A DNA stretch of 63,916 bases, the filler included, from Choristocarpus tenellus KU-1152 (taxonomy: Eukaryota; Protista; Phaeophyceae): NCBI GenBank assembly GCA_964200185.2. It is 13 parts of 13 records of this genome, joined end to end, with 100 filler letters (N's around TTAATTAATTAA, not from the genome) between each part and the next. Parts side by side here need not be neighbours in the genome. Positions count along the whole stretch, not along the records: positions 5,999 to 15,403 come from CAXNAD020003704.1; positions 15,504 to 19,483 come from CAXNAD020016814.1; positions 19,584 to 24,917 come from CAXNAD020011113.1; positions 25,018 to 30,775 come from CAXNAD020009828.1; 9 more parts are not named here. One strand, given 5' to 3'. A program made the translations under genes and the position numbers. Under the pieces are notes generated by a model. It saw only the letters and a program-made list of their open reading frames with translations, was not told where the DNA came from and did not search any database. Positions 11,664 through 25,063 of this stretch are shown piece after piece (position 1 is the stretch's first letter; each line of letters begins with the position of its first letter).

Positions 11664-12477
11664 TTATCATTGATCCATGTGAATCAAACATGTTAATAAA
11701 AAGGTCTTCACACTTTTTATCCTCCTAGTGTTATGGAGCAATAGAAAGTTGTGTAGAAACATTCCTATGCAGTCCAAAAGTATCTTATTACATACACACT
11801 GTTGAAAACTGACTTTGTATGCACATTAGGATAATCGTGTGAGCCTCATAACCAGTTGAAACCTGATTTTGTGTGAATTGTGTATTGTTGCGATGTGGCT
11901 AATTTGAGGTAGCGAAGGGTCTCATAGTGCAACAAAGCATTGATGAATTTGTTCTGTCGAGTCTGATGACATGTTTTACTCAATCAAACAATGTTCGATG
12001 TGAAAGCATGTTTGGTTGTGCTGTGGTTAATACGTTTCGGGGCAAGTGTGTATCATAGTTCAAAAGACACCTACGGGTTCGGTATGGTGCATCTGAAGGC
12101 ATATTTTACTCAATTAGACTATGGTTGATGTGAACTGTTTGCTTGTGTGTCTGGTAGCATATTTTACTCAAGCAGACTATGGTTGGAAGTGAAGCGTGTG
12201 ATCATTCATTGAGACATTCAAATGAAGAAGTTCATGCTCTGTGAAGAGGCTTATCACCTTAGCTGAGAAGGGTTTCAAAGGATGGTTTAAAGTTTGTATT
12301 GCATCCTGGTGCATGTCTTATATGTGCTGCATTGTGAGGGGGCAATGCCAGTCAAGTAAAATAATAATCAACGCATGCTTTTTTCAACTCATAACTTCTT
12401 GTGTGAATAATAATAAGAAGCAACGTAAAGGAGAACAAAAAGAGGAGTAACCTTATATCCCATATCCAAGGTAACTA

Positions 12478-15022
12478 ATGTGAGAGTTTATGAAGTAATC
12501 TGATTTTTGTGGGAGGAAGAATTCTGGTTGGCTGGGGGCACAGGACAAGCGTAGGCAGGGGAAAGAAAAAGAAGGAAGAAGGAAGAGAACGAATAGTTAA
12601 GGAAGGGAAGAGAAGGTTAACGGAAATGAGTGGTAGAAAAAAGGGGGAAACAGCATTCAATGACTGATAAAAGGGAAGAGAACCAGGGGTACAGGACGAG
12701 GAGGGGAGACCGAGGCAACCTCCGAGCAAGCTCCGGAGTGGATCAAGACAGAACCCGAACAATCTTTCCGAAAGCTGGAAGGGAGAAAGGTCCGAGAGGA
12801 GGGGCGGGGATGCTTGAGAAGCGGATACGAAAATGGTAAGAAAAGGTCGAAAGGGTAAGGGGGTTGGTGACTGAGACGATGAAAACATTGTGGATAGGTG
12901 TAGGATAGGTATGGAATACGGGTAGTGAAGTTGGTAGATTCCGACATAATACAAGGGGTATCGGGGGAAATGCATAGAACAAGAAATTACGAAAGACTGA
13001 CCACGATGTTATGGTGGAGTTAAACAAGGTTAGACGTGTAAATGATGAATCGGCCGATTCCCACGGTAGTGGCCCTGGTAGAGATGGGAGTACATGCTTA
13101 TTCGGTATATTATACATGCTGATATTGTAGGTTGTTACACCGAATAGAAAAGGAAAGGGTTGAGGGCCCTGCCAGAGTGACAGTCTAAGAGGTTGACAGA
13201 AACTAGGAGCAGAGTGCACCGGATATGTCACCAACATGGTTATCCCATGGAGATCACGACAAAAATGGGAAATTTAATGGTTCAGGGTAGGAGTAGTGTA
13301 CCTGCTCTTATCTTGTGGAGTAAGAGCAGTTTAGATATCGTTCGAAAGATAGGGCCGGGATTGATGCTAGGTTTATTTCGATCGGTGGGATCGCGTGAAT
13401 TTGTCTTTCCAATGCTTACATCATTCAACCAAAACTCATAGAGCAAAAGAACAATCGAATGCGTGGGCTCACTGTAGGATGATGTAGAGGGGACCATTTC
13501 GTTTAAGGGAAACGCGTGGAAGTTACGAGGTTAGTGATGGGACGTTTACTAAGCACAGGCACCCTGTGAATTGGTGGTTATGCCATGATGAGTAGCCATA
13601 GAATCTATGGGTTATAGCTACAAACTGGGAAATAGAGTGGCATAGAAAACAAAATAAATAAGAAAACCTACATAGGGATTCTAGAGTATCGAATGAGGCC
13701 ACAGGGAAGGTGGGGATTCTAGGTGGAGTCATGGATATGAAATTAAGTACAGATAATGGCAGAGTCCTGGATGGACATACAGTAGGTGAGAATTTAGGGA
13801 CAGTGCATGTCTCGAAAGTAAGAAGCGGGGATTGGCAGTAGATGTAAAAAAAACCCAACTTAGATGCAATAGTTGAAAGAAAAATGGACTGGGCAAGAAC
13901 ATTAAAAACAAAATGCAGATAAAGGGCACACTAATATAAACAAGGGGGTAGGGAAATGAATAATTATACCTCCTACATCACCCTGTGGACAAATTGTGGG
14001 ATAACTGTGTAAAAAAAAAAAGGCTAGTGTTAAAGATGGAAGGTTACATCTGAGGGCCTTACTTCGCTATTCCTAAATACATAATGGAACTATGAAGATC
14101 TCACACCCAAGTCAACTCACAAGCAGATACGACTGATCCAGGTCAATAATGCACAATACACGTTTTTAGTCCTTACGGAACCCATCCAGACTAATCCCTA
14201 CCAGATTACGCAAGGAAATAATGAGGAGGGTGCATGAACAATGTTTGAGTAATGGATTGATCTCTGACGAGGGGGGGGAAGGTGGACATGAGTATACGGG
14301 TATAACACAGATGTTGAATGGAGGTGATTTCCAACAGCCTGTCAAGGTAAGAGGAGTTCAAGAACATGCGGGGGGGGGCATAGGCAAGAGACTTTGAGAT
14401 GTACCTTATCAAGGACAGTCGCTTCAAAGGTAGGCCTTGGTCGGATGATGGATATCCACACCCCTTTTTTGTCAAAGACTAGAGGCTAGTGGCCTGTTTT
14501 TGATAAATACTCCAAGCAAATGTGATGATATCAACGGTGATAATGTTGAGGGGGGGGGGGGGGGGGGGAGAAGGATAGGCTTATGAAACGTCTACTCAAA
14601 CCAACGGAAACCTTGTAAAAGCTTTGATATCGGCAATACAAGGAGCATGTGACAAGCCAAGAACTGGGGTACCAAGACTGATCTAGACTAACACATGACC
14701 ATTACATGTCCTAGCCCTTACGCAACCCATCCAGACAAGCCGCTACCAGATAACGCAAGGCAACGTTGAGGAGGGAGCATGAACAAGGTTCAAACAAGAG
14801 GCTGATCCCCGACTAGGAGTGGGAATGCGAACTTGAGAATACAGGTACGGTACAGAAACTAGGTGGAGCTGATCTCTAACAGCCTGTCAAGGTACGTGAA
14901 GTTGAAGAAAGTACAGAGGAGGTGAGGCGGGGGAGGGGGGGTAGACTTCTGGAATTCATAATCAAACCCATCTGGAATACGTAAAAGCAGTCAGTATTAC
15001 AGAGTAGACCCCAAACTACTCA

Positions 15023-15070
<48 letters not shown>

Positions 15071-15403
15071 GATAATACTAAAAAGGAAGAAGCTTCGTTT
15101 CAGAAAGGCAAGAAGTGTGTGAGTAGTAAGGAAATGGGGTAACATTTGCGACGAGGTCAAGCTGTAAGTGATAGAACCCAACAACGACTTTACTGTACTT
15201 TATGTGGGTGTGGTAATTTTTAATCCAAATCTATATAAAAGGAAAGTAAGGTGGGTCACAGGCCCTGCAAGTCTGCCTTGGGGTTTCATTGTGCGGCTGG
15301 CGTACCCACTGGGCTTACGCCAGAAGGGGGCTGTATGGGTAGACTAGCTGGAAAAGGGGGGGGGCAGGAAGGATAAACATAGAAGTGTTATGAGACAGGT
15401 TGT
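12478..15403 (-). mobile_element. Degenerate unclassified repeat, possibly a retroelement relic
   Basis: Its first ~65 bp recur at 5835-5898. Strong strand-asymmetric purine bias; internal diverged duplication (~14170-14365 vs ~14715-14910); YAFPPIPLV on the minus strand recalls DIRS-type elements. Confidence 0.4.
15025..15070. repeat. (TA)n microsatellite
   Basis: Visible dinucleotide run. Confidence 0.95.
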
Positions 15404-16651
15404 NNNNNNNNNNNNNNNNNNNNNNNNNNNNNNNNNNNNNNNNNNNNTTAATTAATTAANNNNNNNNNNNNNNNNNNNNNNNNNNNNNNNNNNNNNNNNN
15501 NNNGTAACCAAGATAGGGGGGAAGGAGATCGGTCGGGGGGCCGGTACAGGTGTGGGGACGGGGGACGGGGGGGGGCGCTGTGTGTGTTTAACGCTGTGTG
15601 TGTGAGTGTGTTTAATCTGCTTGTAGAAGTAGGTACATGGCAAGATCGAAGGCACCCTAAAAAAATGGTATTATCATTGTACTGCACTCGTCTGCAATAA
15701 AAAAAATTAAAAAAAAAGGTCCCCAACAGAAAAGAGGACAAGGTGTTTCAATTACACATATTAGAATGTGTGATATAGTAGCAGTAATGAAGTTTCAGTA
15801 TTCTTTCATCAGCAAATTGTTGGGGGTTGATGGGGGGGGGGAATTTGTACCCTCTCTTGTCCTGCCCGTGCATTTACCATGAACGTACATTCATGAAGTG
15901 AAAATAAATTCAACCAGAGTACTAGCACTCCTACCACTACTACTACCACTACTACTACTAATAATAATAATAGCAGATACTTTCTTGTTTTAATTTATTT
16001 TCATATTATCTGCAGATGATGAGTCAATACTCTTCTCTTTCAAGTCAACATATATAAAAAAGAAAACCAACATACAAGGGTGCTGCTGATTGATGTAAGA
16101 CAGAGAACTCAACCTTTTCAAGTTCCAGGTTTGATTAAAATGTAACACAGAGAAGATATACTGAAATAGGTATAGAGAGGGCAAAAGGAAGCAGGTCAAA
16201 AATAGGCCTTTACAGGAAGAGGACATAGGAAGCAGGCCTGTTGACAACTCGTGTGACGATACAGACCAAAACACAGGTGTCAAAATTCGTTTTTAGAAAG
16301 CACAAGAGGTACTCCTTCTCACAAGTGCACAATAAAAATAGCAAAAATGTTCACGCGACCCGCGGTAAGACTTACTAACGCTCATGAAAAAACAAGACAG
16401 AACATCGGCTTCACATTAATAGACCATATGTTATCTGTCATGAGGGTGTCAGAGAAGAAGAGACCGCAAGGACAGAATTTTGACATCGTAAAGTCCTTAT
16501 CCTGTCCGCATTTTAGTCGGCACTGCAGTGCAACAGATGCCTAACTCGAACGGGGATTGATAGTCCCAAGGTATTGAGCAGGTTCTTCCAATTAGTGGAA
16601 AGTATATTGCAAAAAAAAACTTTTACACTATAATGTAATTATTAGTATCAC

Positions 16652-16810
16652 CTTCCATATTAGGTTGTACGCCCTCTTAAAGGTTGACTGCTGGCGAATA
16701 GCCCCAGTTGGTCCTCCAATACGCCCAGCAGTCACCATGGCTGACGCCGACGGGCCTTGTCGAAGCGCTCCCACGGCCGTGCGGCGAGAAGCAGCCATGA
16801 TGAAACTCAT
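16652..16810 (-). CDS. First exon of a mitochondrial protein, probably cytochrome bc1 subunit 9 (QCR9/UQCR10-like)
   Basis: ATG at 16810; MSFIMAASRRTAVGALRQ...AIRQQSTFKRAYNLIWK, then a GT donor (AAG|GTGATA). The leader is Arg/Ala/Ser-rich with no acidic residues; AYNLIWK resembles the QCR9 N-terminus. Downstream exons were not found in the contig. Confidence 0.6.
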
Positions 16811-18291
16811 CTTACCCCTGTCATATGCGAATGAACGTGGTAATAACAACAGGTTCGTGAGAGAGTACAACGCTATGCATGGGAGCGCAGCAATGCAACG
16901 TTGCAGCAGCTACATTGCGAGTAGAAGGAAGGCAAAAAGGAGGCGAAAGAAGAGTGTCAAGGAACAACGGGATAGAGTAGTTGGGAGAAACAAGAGAGGA
17001 GCGGGCTAGAACCACAGCATTTCCCAATTGAGTCTCACGCAAAGAACACGCTCTAATTGGCATACGAAAAAATGCCTTCGAAAACTAACGCAGATCACAA
17101 CGAATGGAAATGCCATAAGTTCCCTTGAAGTGTGCGGGATTCGTTTGTGGTGAGTAAGGTGGGTCCCTGCTACTAGAAACGCTCTTCCCCCCAATATATC
17201 TCGCAACTCCAGTTGGTGGGCAAGCCAGTCAAATCGATTTAGGGGCTAGTAACATGTTTCAAAGATTTGCTCAAGGGGCATTGCACCCACCTCGCTCCTT
17301 CCTTCCGCAAATACCTCCTTAACTACTATGTGCTGACACGAAAAAATCTAATCCCGTTTCCAAACTACTCATTCGAGAATACTTCCGGGTTGCATTCAAA
17401 AGGAGTTCAGGGAATTGGGAGGGGGGTAACTGCCATTGTTTATCCTTTATTTTGACCATTTTGTTACTCGTTGATGACTACGTCGTACTCACTACATATA
17501 ATGGTAATGGTTTAGAACCCACATCTTGGACCACATTGTTGACGCATCGTGACCACCGTATAGTACCACATTTGCCTCCCTTTAGGTCATACACCATCCT
17601 TAAGGGTGATGCGATAACGGCGAACATTTTTGTTTGCCCAACTCCAGCAGTGGTGCATGGAGTAAGTCTGAGGTGCATCAACTTATTTTCATTCGAAAAC
17701 AAAGAAAGGTAGAGAAACCTTGTTGCCACAGTTTGTAACTTTCACAAGATATGTGTTTGAATGTAAATGTAACCAAGGACTCAATTGTTGTTGTGTTGAG
17801 CGGCATGTTAGGAATCCTTGACAGGCCAACGCCCATCACACTCTTCAACGAAATGGAGAAAAGCTCTTCCTGAAAATAACTCAGAAATAATTATGGAGAA
17901 TCTTGCTTCCTCTGCCCATACCTACAGGAGGAAGGGTTTGGCGAAGTTATGATGAAAAAACTAGTCTTACAAAGGAAGGAAAAAAAAATGTAGTTCAACA
18001 AAAGAATGAAGGGAGGGTAGCAAAGATTAGTAACACAGTAGGAAAGGACGAATAGCAAAGATGTGTAAGTAAGATCGCATCACAAACCATTTGCAGCCGT
18101 TGCTGGACGAGAATCAGTGGATACTACTACGTAGTAGTAACTAAGTATCATTAGATACCCCCCCCTTCCCTTGATCCTACCTGCGTATATATTAATAGTC
18201 CAACTATTTTGCCCAGAAATCGTTCTGTTTTTGTTCGGTCTGAGGCAGGTTCCTGGCCTACGATGCATTCATTAGTTTTACATTCTCTATT

Positions 18292-18553
18292 GAGTCAGAG
18301 TATCTTAGAGGATTGAACCGCGTCCATTTGGGGGTCAAAGTTCAATGTTGATATTTTGATGTAATTTTGGCTATCAAGTTTTTCAGGAAGGGTCAATACC
18401 CTTGTTATTATGGACACATGTGTTCACAACGTAAACATTTTACCAACTCCAACCGATATTGGATTAGATAAACGATCGTTAAAAACCCGTGGGAAACCAA
18501 GCCTCAAATGGACAAACAGGGGAAAACTCGTACCCTCTAAGATACTTTCAATC
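18292..18553 (+). mobile_element. MITE family A, full copy with TATT TSD
   Basis: TATT|GAGTCAGAGTATCTTAGAGG...CCTCTAAGATACTTTCAATC|TATT. Confidence 0.88.
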
Positions 18554-20395
18554 TATTAGCAACTTTGAAGGTCAAAATTACGCACAGATCCCACAGTTAC
18601 AGGTCATTTGGTTCTCCACAGTCAGGCATAGATCAGCAGTAGCACAGTCACTCTTTCCTTCTTCTGTTCCTCTCAGAACACACCTCACTGTTGCCTTCCT
18701 CCTAGCGCTTCTGGAGCTCAGTGGCTACTAATGGTAGAAGAAGAGCTTGCCCTTCTCCACCCCCCAGCATAGGCCCCAACTGTTTCATATGCACAGTTCT
18801 GTTTATGTGAGATGACTGTAATACCCCATCCTGGTCATGAATGGTCAGCAGTAGCCAAATATGGTTATTGCAAGTGAGGCACAGCAGGGGTACTGACCAA
18901 CATTATCACACAACATGATCGATTGTCACAGCGTATTTGCCTGCGTGCATGTATTTCTCTATATGAACGGAATTCTGCTGACAGAGGGTAAGGAAGTTTT
19001 TGTGATGTGAGGTGCAGGGATCAAGCAAACAAAAGATAATGTTGTAAAGGATATCCAGGAGAGAAAGGAGGAGCATCTACCTTAGCCACATGTTTCTGTG
19101 AAGTATAGGTAGGTATGAACACAGTGTCATAAACCAAGAGCAGACCGCACTCCCGACTCCCGTCTAATTCCTTCTTGCTATGTTGATGAGAGTGTGGATC
19201 CTGCGCCCACCATCGCTGTTTTCAGTTGATCGGAAACGTGAACTCTCTCTTTTTCCCTTGCGTTCCTTTTTTTTCTATTATTTTGTTGCTTCACTATTTT
19301 TTTCGTCTTATCTGTGTATTGGTTTGCATTACTGAATGACTTTTTTTCCACTTCTTGGTCACACCTGTTACATATATTAATTTCTTCTTCATCGCCACAT
19401 TATTAGGTTTGTTTTGCTCACGAATTCTGGATTATTATTATTATTTTGCACATTCCTATTTTCTTATTCCTCTATCCTCTATTNNNNNNNNNNNNNNNNN
19501 NNNNNNNNNNNNNNNNNNNNNNNNNNNTTAATTAATTAANNNNNNNNNNNNNNNNNNNNNNNNNNNNNNNNNNNNNNNNNNNNATCTATAGGGGGATAAG
19601 AAGATTCCTTGTAATTCCCATATACCTTGGAAACATAAGGTAGGAGTCCTGGTAGGGTCTCTGGGAGGGGCTGGATGAAGGCTGAGCGGCGTACGCTGTT
19701 GAAAGCATTCCTTCCATCCAGACTGATGACCCATTCTCCACACTCATTCCTTAGGCGGATATGCAGGAGTGCACGTTCAATGCCATTTGGGACCCTGACA
19801 CCGAATTGTCCTACTCCACCGAAAAATTCAAGGTAGGGGCGCCAGTCTGCACAGTAAGCTGAAGCACATGCCCTCCTGAAAAAAGACCCACAGGCAACTG
19901 GGCAACACTTCTCCCCAATTGCTGACAGTCTGGAGTTGGTGTGGAGCGTCCAGAACTCTAGGGGTAGGCATTTGTATTGTTTGGCATATTGAAGGTTTAG
20001 CTACTTTTACAGAGGTTAGGATATTTAGTTGACTTTCTCGTGACACATCTGGAAAATGTTGGAAGGCATAATAATTCATAGTTAGAGTAAGAAGTAAGAG
20101 TCAGGATTGGTTTAAATTAGTTTTTACCAAAATAAACCTCAATTCTTACCCAATCAGTTCTCCTTTTTATACACCAATTCTCCTTTGTTATACCACAAAA
20201 AGAACTGAACACAGCTTACCGTCAACAAAAAATAACCAAACCGTTGGTACCGTGTTGTCTATCTCTCCAAACCTTCAGCAATTTCTACCAGAACAGCCAA
20301 GGCCATTGAGGGGGGGAGCCCCTCATCCTAGGGAACTCCTGCTTTATCTGTTTCATGGAAGGTTGCTGATCTGCGCATCCTGCAGGAGGTTTGAA

Positions 20396-23300
20396 ATGAT
20401 GGCGGAGGATTTGGACTCAGCTGGTTCTTTAGCTTGCGCCGAGTGGTTATCAAGTACACCTTCTTTGTCTCGCCTCAACGTGAGCGGGGACGCAACAGCG
20501 GAGCTTTACTTCCTCATCGCAAACTTCCTTACTAATGCATCTCCTTGCTCGCGAGCTGCTGAAGTTCTCCGAGAAGAGCTGGTGCGTCAATTCATCCTGC
20601 ATCTCGTCTCATCCGTTGACGTCGAATTTCGAGCGAGAACCTCTGACTCCCATGCTTTTGACGCTGCCTATGCATTCCAATATTTCCTTGTAAAGCGCGA
20701 GCGCAAACTTCTTGGTGAAGCTTATGACTGGCAAAGCAATGCCCGACCAGCCAGCTTTGAGGACTTCCATGGACGACACAAATCTCTCCCAGGCGACCAA
20801 CTTGGTCGATTGGTGTCCCAGTACCTTCTAGACGACAACAGGGCCTCAACTAGTGGAGGGCCCGCGTCAGCAAGGTCACTTATCTCCAGGGTGCTTCCCT
20901 TTGGTATGAGCAGGGAGAAAATACAGGTTGGTGGAGGACTGTTGATGATCTGTGCAGACCTGTAGGTGTCTACAGAGACAGTGGGGTTGTCCTTGTCAAG
21001 TTTTCGGCACATGCCATTCCCATGTGATATGCTCAGGCGCAACTTAGTGCACCCACTACCCTCCCATAGGTGATGACCACTGGTCCTCCATTTTGTGTCG
21101 TTCCCCCCTCTAAGTTCTGTCTTTCAATCGGTACGGTCTGAACGCATGGTTCTGTTCCTCGTCAGATGGCAAAGCTAGAGCTTGCGGAGCGTGTGTTGAA
21201 GGCATGCTCACAGCTAATGCACATACGCAAGGAGATCGTGGAGACAAGAAGGACTCTGACTCGTACAGAGCTCAAGCTGGTTTCTCTTGAGCCGAACATG
21301 ACTGAAGAGGGTGAGGCAACATCTGGATATCAGGGAGGGTGCATTTCCACCCCGAATATGCACATGGATGGGAAAGCAGCTCCCAGTGGACAGGAGAGCC
21401 AGGAAGTGTTGACAAGGTGAGGCATTGAGCTCATCCTTTCAAATCGAGGATTTTTATACGGAAATATGACATTGGTGTCGCAGTGCAGGAGGTATCGTCT
21501 GTCATGACCATTTCATCAGTACTGTACATTGGTCAGAAGATTGATCTGACAGCTTCTGTTTTACCCCTGTTTTTCATCAAGCACATGATGGAAAGTGCTC
21601 TTGTGTATACTTTATTGATACCCTGTATACCAAACCTTCATTCTGTTGTTGGCATTGTCACAAGCTGTGTTAAGTTTTTGTGCTGTTGTTGACTTAATTA
21701 TGCAATCTGTGCTACTCGTTTGTAGATAATTTACAAGTGTTGAGTATGTGACTGAAAGTTCTTCAAAGAACTAGTAGTCACAATGGAAGCATCTGTGTGT
21801 TGAGGGCTGGGATATACTCAGAATGACTCAAAAATCTTAAATCCAACAGCTGCCTAGACAATTTCACCCAGACTTAATGTCAAGTTTTCTCCCTCGCTCA
21901 GAGGAATTTCATCTCTCTGCTGAACCTTGCATGTTCAAGGGTGACCGTCCATTATATCATGATATCCAATACTCAGTTCCTACCAGCATTGCAGAAAACA
22001 TGGCAGTACTCTGTACCACATAGGACATATCAGCACCTCTGTCAAGCCTTCTCATCCTGCTTCTTTCTTTCTAGATTTAGCCACCATAATGTGTACCATG
22101 CCTCAAGCTAGACCTGCTCCCCAAGAACTGCCTATGAGAATTTTCTGTTTGCTGAGAGTTCAAGCTCCTGCGTTTTCTATGTCTTTTGCCATTAATCGGG
22201 ATTTAGTGGTGCCAGACGTAGTGTTGCTTGATTGCCTTGATATCCTACTCCATGGCAATAGCATGCCATAAAAATAATAATTGAGCTCTGTTTTGCAAAA
22301 AGAGTGCATGTATTTGTGGGTAGCCCCTCTGTGTCGAAGGAGAGTTCTTTGAGTAGTGAGTAAAAGTATCATAGAGGGTATGAGTTTTGTTCTGTTTGTC
22401 TGTTTGGGGCTTGACTTCCCACGAGCTTTTTGTTACATTTACCTACTTCAAAATGTGTCGGAGTAGGTAAAATGTATTCGTTATGAAAAGGTGTGTCCGG
22501 AACAAGGATATTGACACTTCCTAACAAACACTATAGCCTAAATTACATCAAAATAGCAACATTGGATTTGGCTCCCAAATGGACACGGCTCTACCCTCTA
22601 GGATATTTTGACTCACTACCGTAGCAGTATGACATGAAATGTCTTGTGTGTCTAGTGAATAATGGCGTCCCCATGCCTCAACAGCATTTTATGAACAGAA
22701 TGTCACAGATGAAGTCATTAGATTGCCAATTGAGCTACTGAAATTGGCGGAAAAAGTGTGCGCGACCAACAGGTTATCAGCTGGACACTTTGATCACTGA
22801 CCACAAACCAAACATAGCTGGCAATAGAGATAATGCCAGTCCAGTAAATTTTAGAGGTGTATGGGCAAAGAGCTGAAAAGGGAAACATAGGTCTGTTTAA
22901 TCAGTTCCAAAATAGGTTGATGTGTGCCAACCAACACATCCACTTATTTGTGGGTAGATGTGGAGCAACCAGGTAGCTTCTGATGTGTGGAGTAGGATAT
23001 GTTTGTACATGTTTGTTTGTTCAGAGCAAGGGAAGATGGAAAAGAGTTTGGAAGAAGGCCCTGTGAACAAGAAGGAAGTCGGGGTATGTTGTGTGTAAAC
23101 AAGCTTGAGTTTTGTGTGTTTAATGGGAGGTTCATGGTGGGCATAACTGGAAGGATAGTTTGTTTTGTTGTACTGTTAATAGTAGCACTACTACATAGCA
23201 CTGAAGTATACTTATAATGCAAAGTAGTGCTTTAATCAATGGGAGCAACCTGCATTGAAACACCAGCGAGAACATGTCATGTTGACATGCCAGAAAGAGT

Positions 23301-24166
23301 CGAGTTTTCTGTCAATTTATTGCTATAATTTTCTGCTATGGTCGTGTTTTCCTCAAACAAGTTGCAGGGAGTTGTTCAAAACTGAAGGCCCTTACTTCTT
23401 GTAATTTTATAATCTGATGCACACATCTGTCTGCCATGTGAGATTTAGAGGACCCCCCGCCCCCTCCTCTTTCCTCGGTCCCTGCCCTATTCCTGTCATC
23501 CTGCTCTACCCATCTTGCTGTATCATGTGGAATGAGGTTGGCTCTTTCAAGGAGGGCTGGCGATCTCCGTTCTCGATTGGTTCACCTTGAGGGTGAGGTG
23601 ATTTCGGTGAAGGGGCTCAAGGATGTGGTAATAGTCGAAGCGAGGGAGGGGGGAGCTCTTCGTAACTCACTGTCCCGCTACGACGGCAAGGTGAGGCAGT
23701 CCCTTGTGTGATTTGGCTACCAGTGGGAGTTTCATGGTTTGGGTGTTGAAAATACGGTCAGGTGTGTTCCCCCTGCTGTCCAACAGCCCTTGAAACGGTT
23801 ACCCATGTTGAAGTCACTCCTAGTTTGTTCTTGTACGAAGCTTTCACCATTATGGTTTGCTCTCTTTTTCCCCTCTCTCTTGGTGTTTTCTTTGTCTCAT
23901 CATCTCTATGGGATGGTTGTGCCCCCCATCCTTTCCAGTCCCTCCCAACCATGGTATCCAACAGGCGGGTTACTGGGGGAAGATTTCAGTCTGCAGCCTT
24001 TGGGGGGGGCAGAGCTAGCCAGCTGGGTGCCGCAGGGACCTCCCTAATGTCCCGTATGAGGCCACTGTTCACCACAAACGGCCATGGAGTGTTTCCAGTG
24101 TTCTGCATCAAGTTTGACCAAACTGCACAGTATGCCTTTACAGGTGCAGATGACTGCCTTATCAAG
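20396..24166 (+). CDS. Bromodomain and WD-repeat protein (BRWD/PHIP family), 5' part
   Basis: Phase-consistent GT-AG exons 20396-20581, 20696-20926, 21166-21416, 23552-23690, 23939-24166. AELYFLIANFL...PCSRAAEVLREEL is the BRWD N-terminal signature; GHGVFPVFCIKFDQTAQYAFTGADDCLIK matches the first WD40 repeat. Truncated by the contig end. Confidence 0.88.
22358..22614 (-). mobile_element. MITE family A, full copy in a BRWD intron
   Basis: GAGTAAAAGTATCATAGAGGGTA...TACCCTCTAGGATATTTTGACTC; TSD not evident. Confidence 0.88.
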
Positions 24167-24868
24167 GTGCGGGAAGGTGTCAGGAGAGGGAGGGGGTGGG
24201 GGGTGGGGGGAAGAGGGGCAATGGTTGTTTTGATGAAACCTGTGATATATGACTTAAGCATGTTGAACTGAGGCTATTATAGTAGATTGGATAGGTTAAT
24301 GTTGGCGAGTGACAAGAAGTTGGGGGGGCAGGCAGGTAGGTTGAACAAAATAGGCAAGGGCAAGCTCAGTGTCCCTAGGGGGGATGGAGGAGTGTGAGGC
24401 ACACAAAATTTGTTGGGCTGGATTGAAATGTGATGCACCAAGACCATGCAGGTAAGATTTTTGTGGAGTATGGTGGGATAAGGGTGTTATGAGAGAGTGA
24501 AAGTCTGGGTTGCCACAGTAGGATGTGGGCGAGCAGGGTGGGCAAGAGGACACAAGGGCAGCATGTTGGACTCGAGAATATAGTCTTGATCTCTGCAGAT
24601 ATATTGGGTGGAACTATTTTGACACTCTTCTTAGTGCCAGGTGTGGGCTGTCGGTTACTGTTGGTAGTTGTACTTGAGACCATTAGGTGTGCCTTTGAAC
24701 ATGGAGTACAGTACTATTTGCAGGGTATATATATACCCTGTTGTTATCATTGCTATGCCCTTCTGCAAGAGCCTATGCCTGTCTATCCCCCTTTTGCCTT
24801 CCCTTTGCCTCTGAACCAGCTGCTCCACAGGTAACTCATGCCCTCCCTTTCCCCTTTTCTTGTAACCC

Positions 24869-24911
<43 letters not shown>

Positions 24912-25063
24912 TTCTCGNNNNNNNNNNNNNNNNNNNNNNNNNNNNNNNNNNNNNNNNNNNNTTAATTAATTAANNNNNNNNNNNNNNNNNNNNNNNNNNN
25001 NNNNNNNNNNNNNNNNNCCCCGAACTCTTGTAATGCATTTTTTTTTTTTTTTCGGCTCTGTAG

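Noticed and set aside
14310-14350. GGDFQQ on the plus strand resembling a PIF1/Helitron helicase motif
   Set aside because: Not conserved in the duplicate copy, and no other helicase motifs lie nearby.
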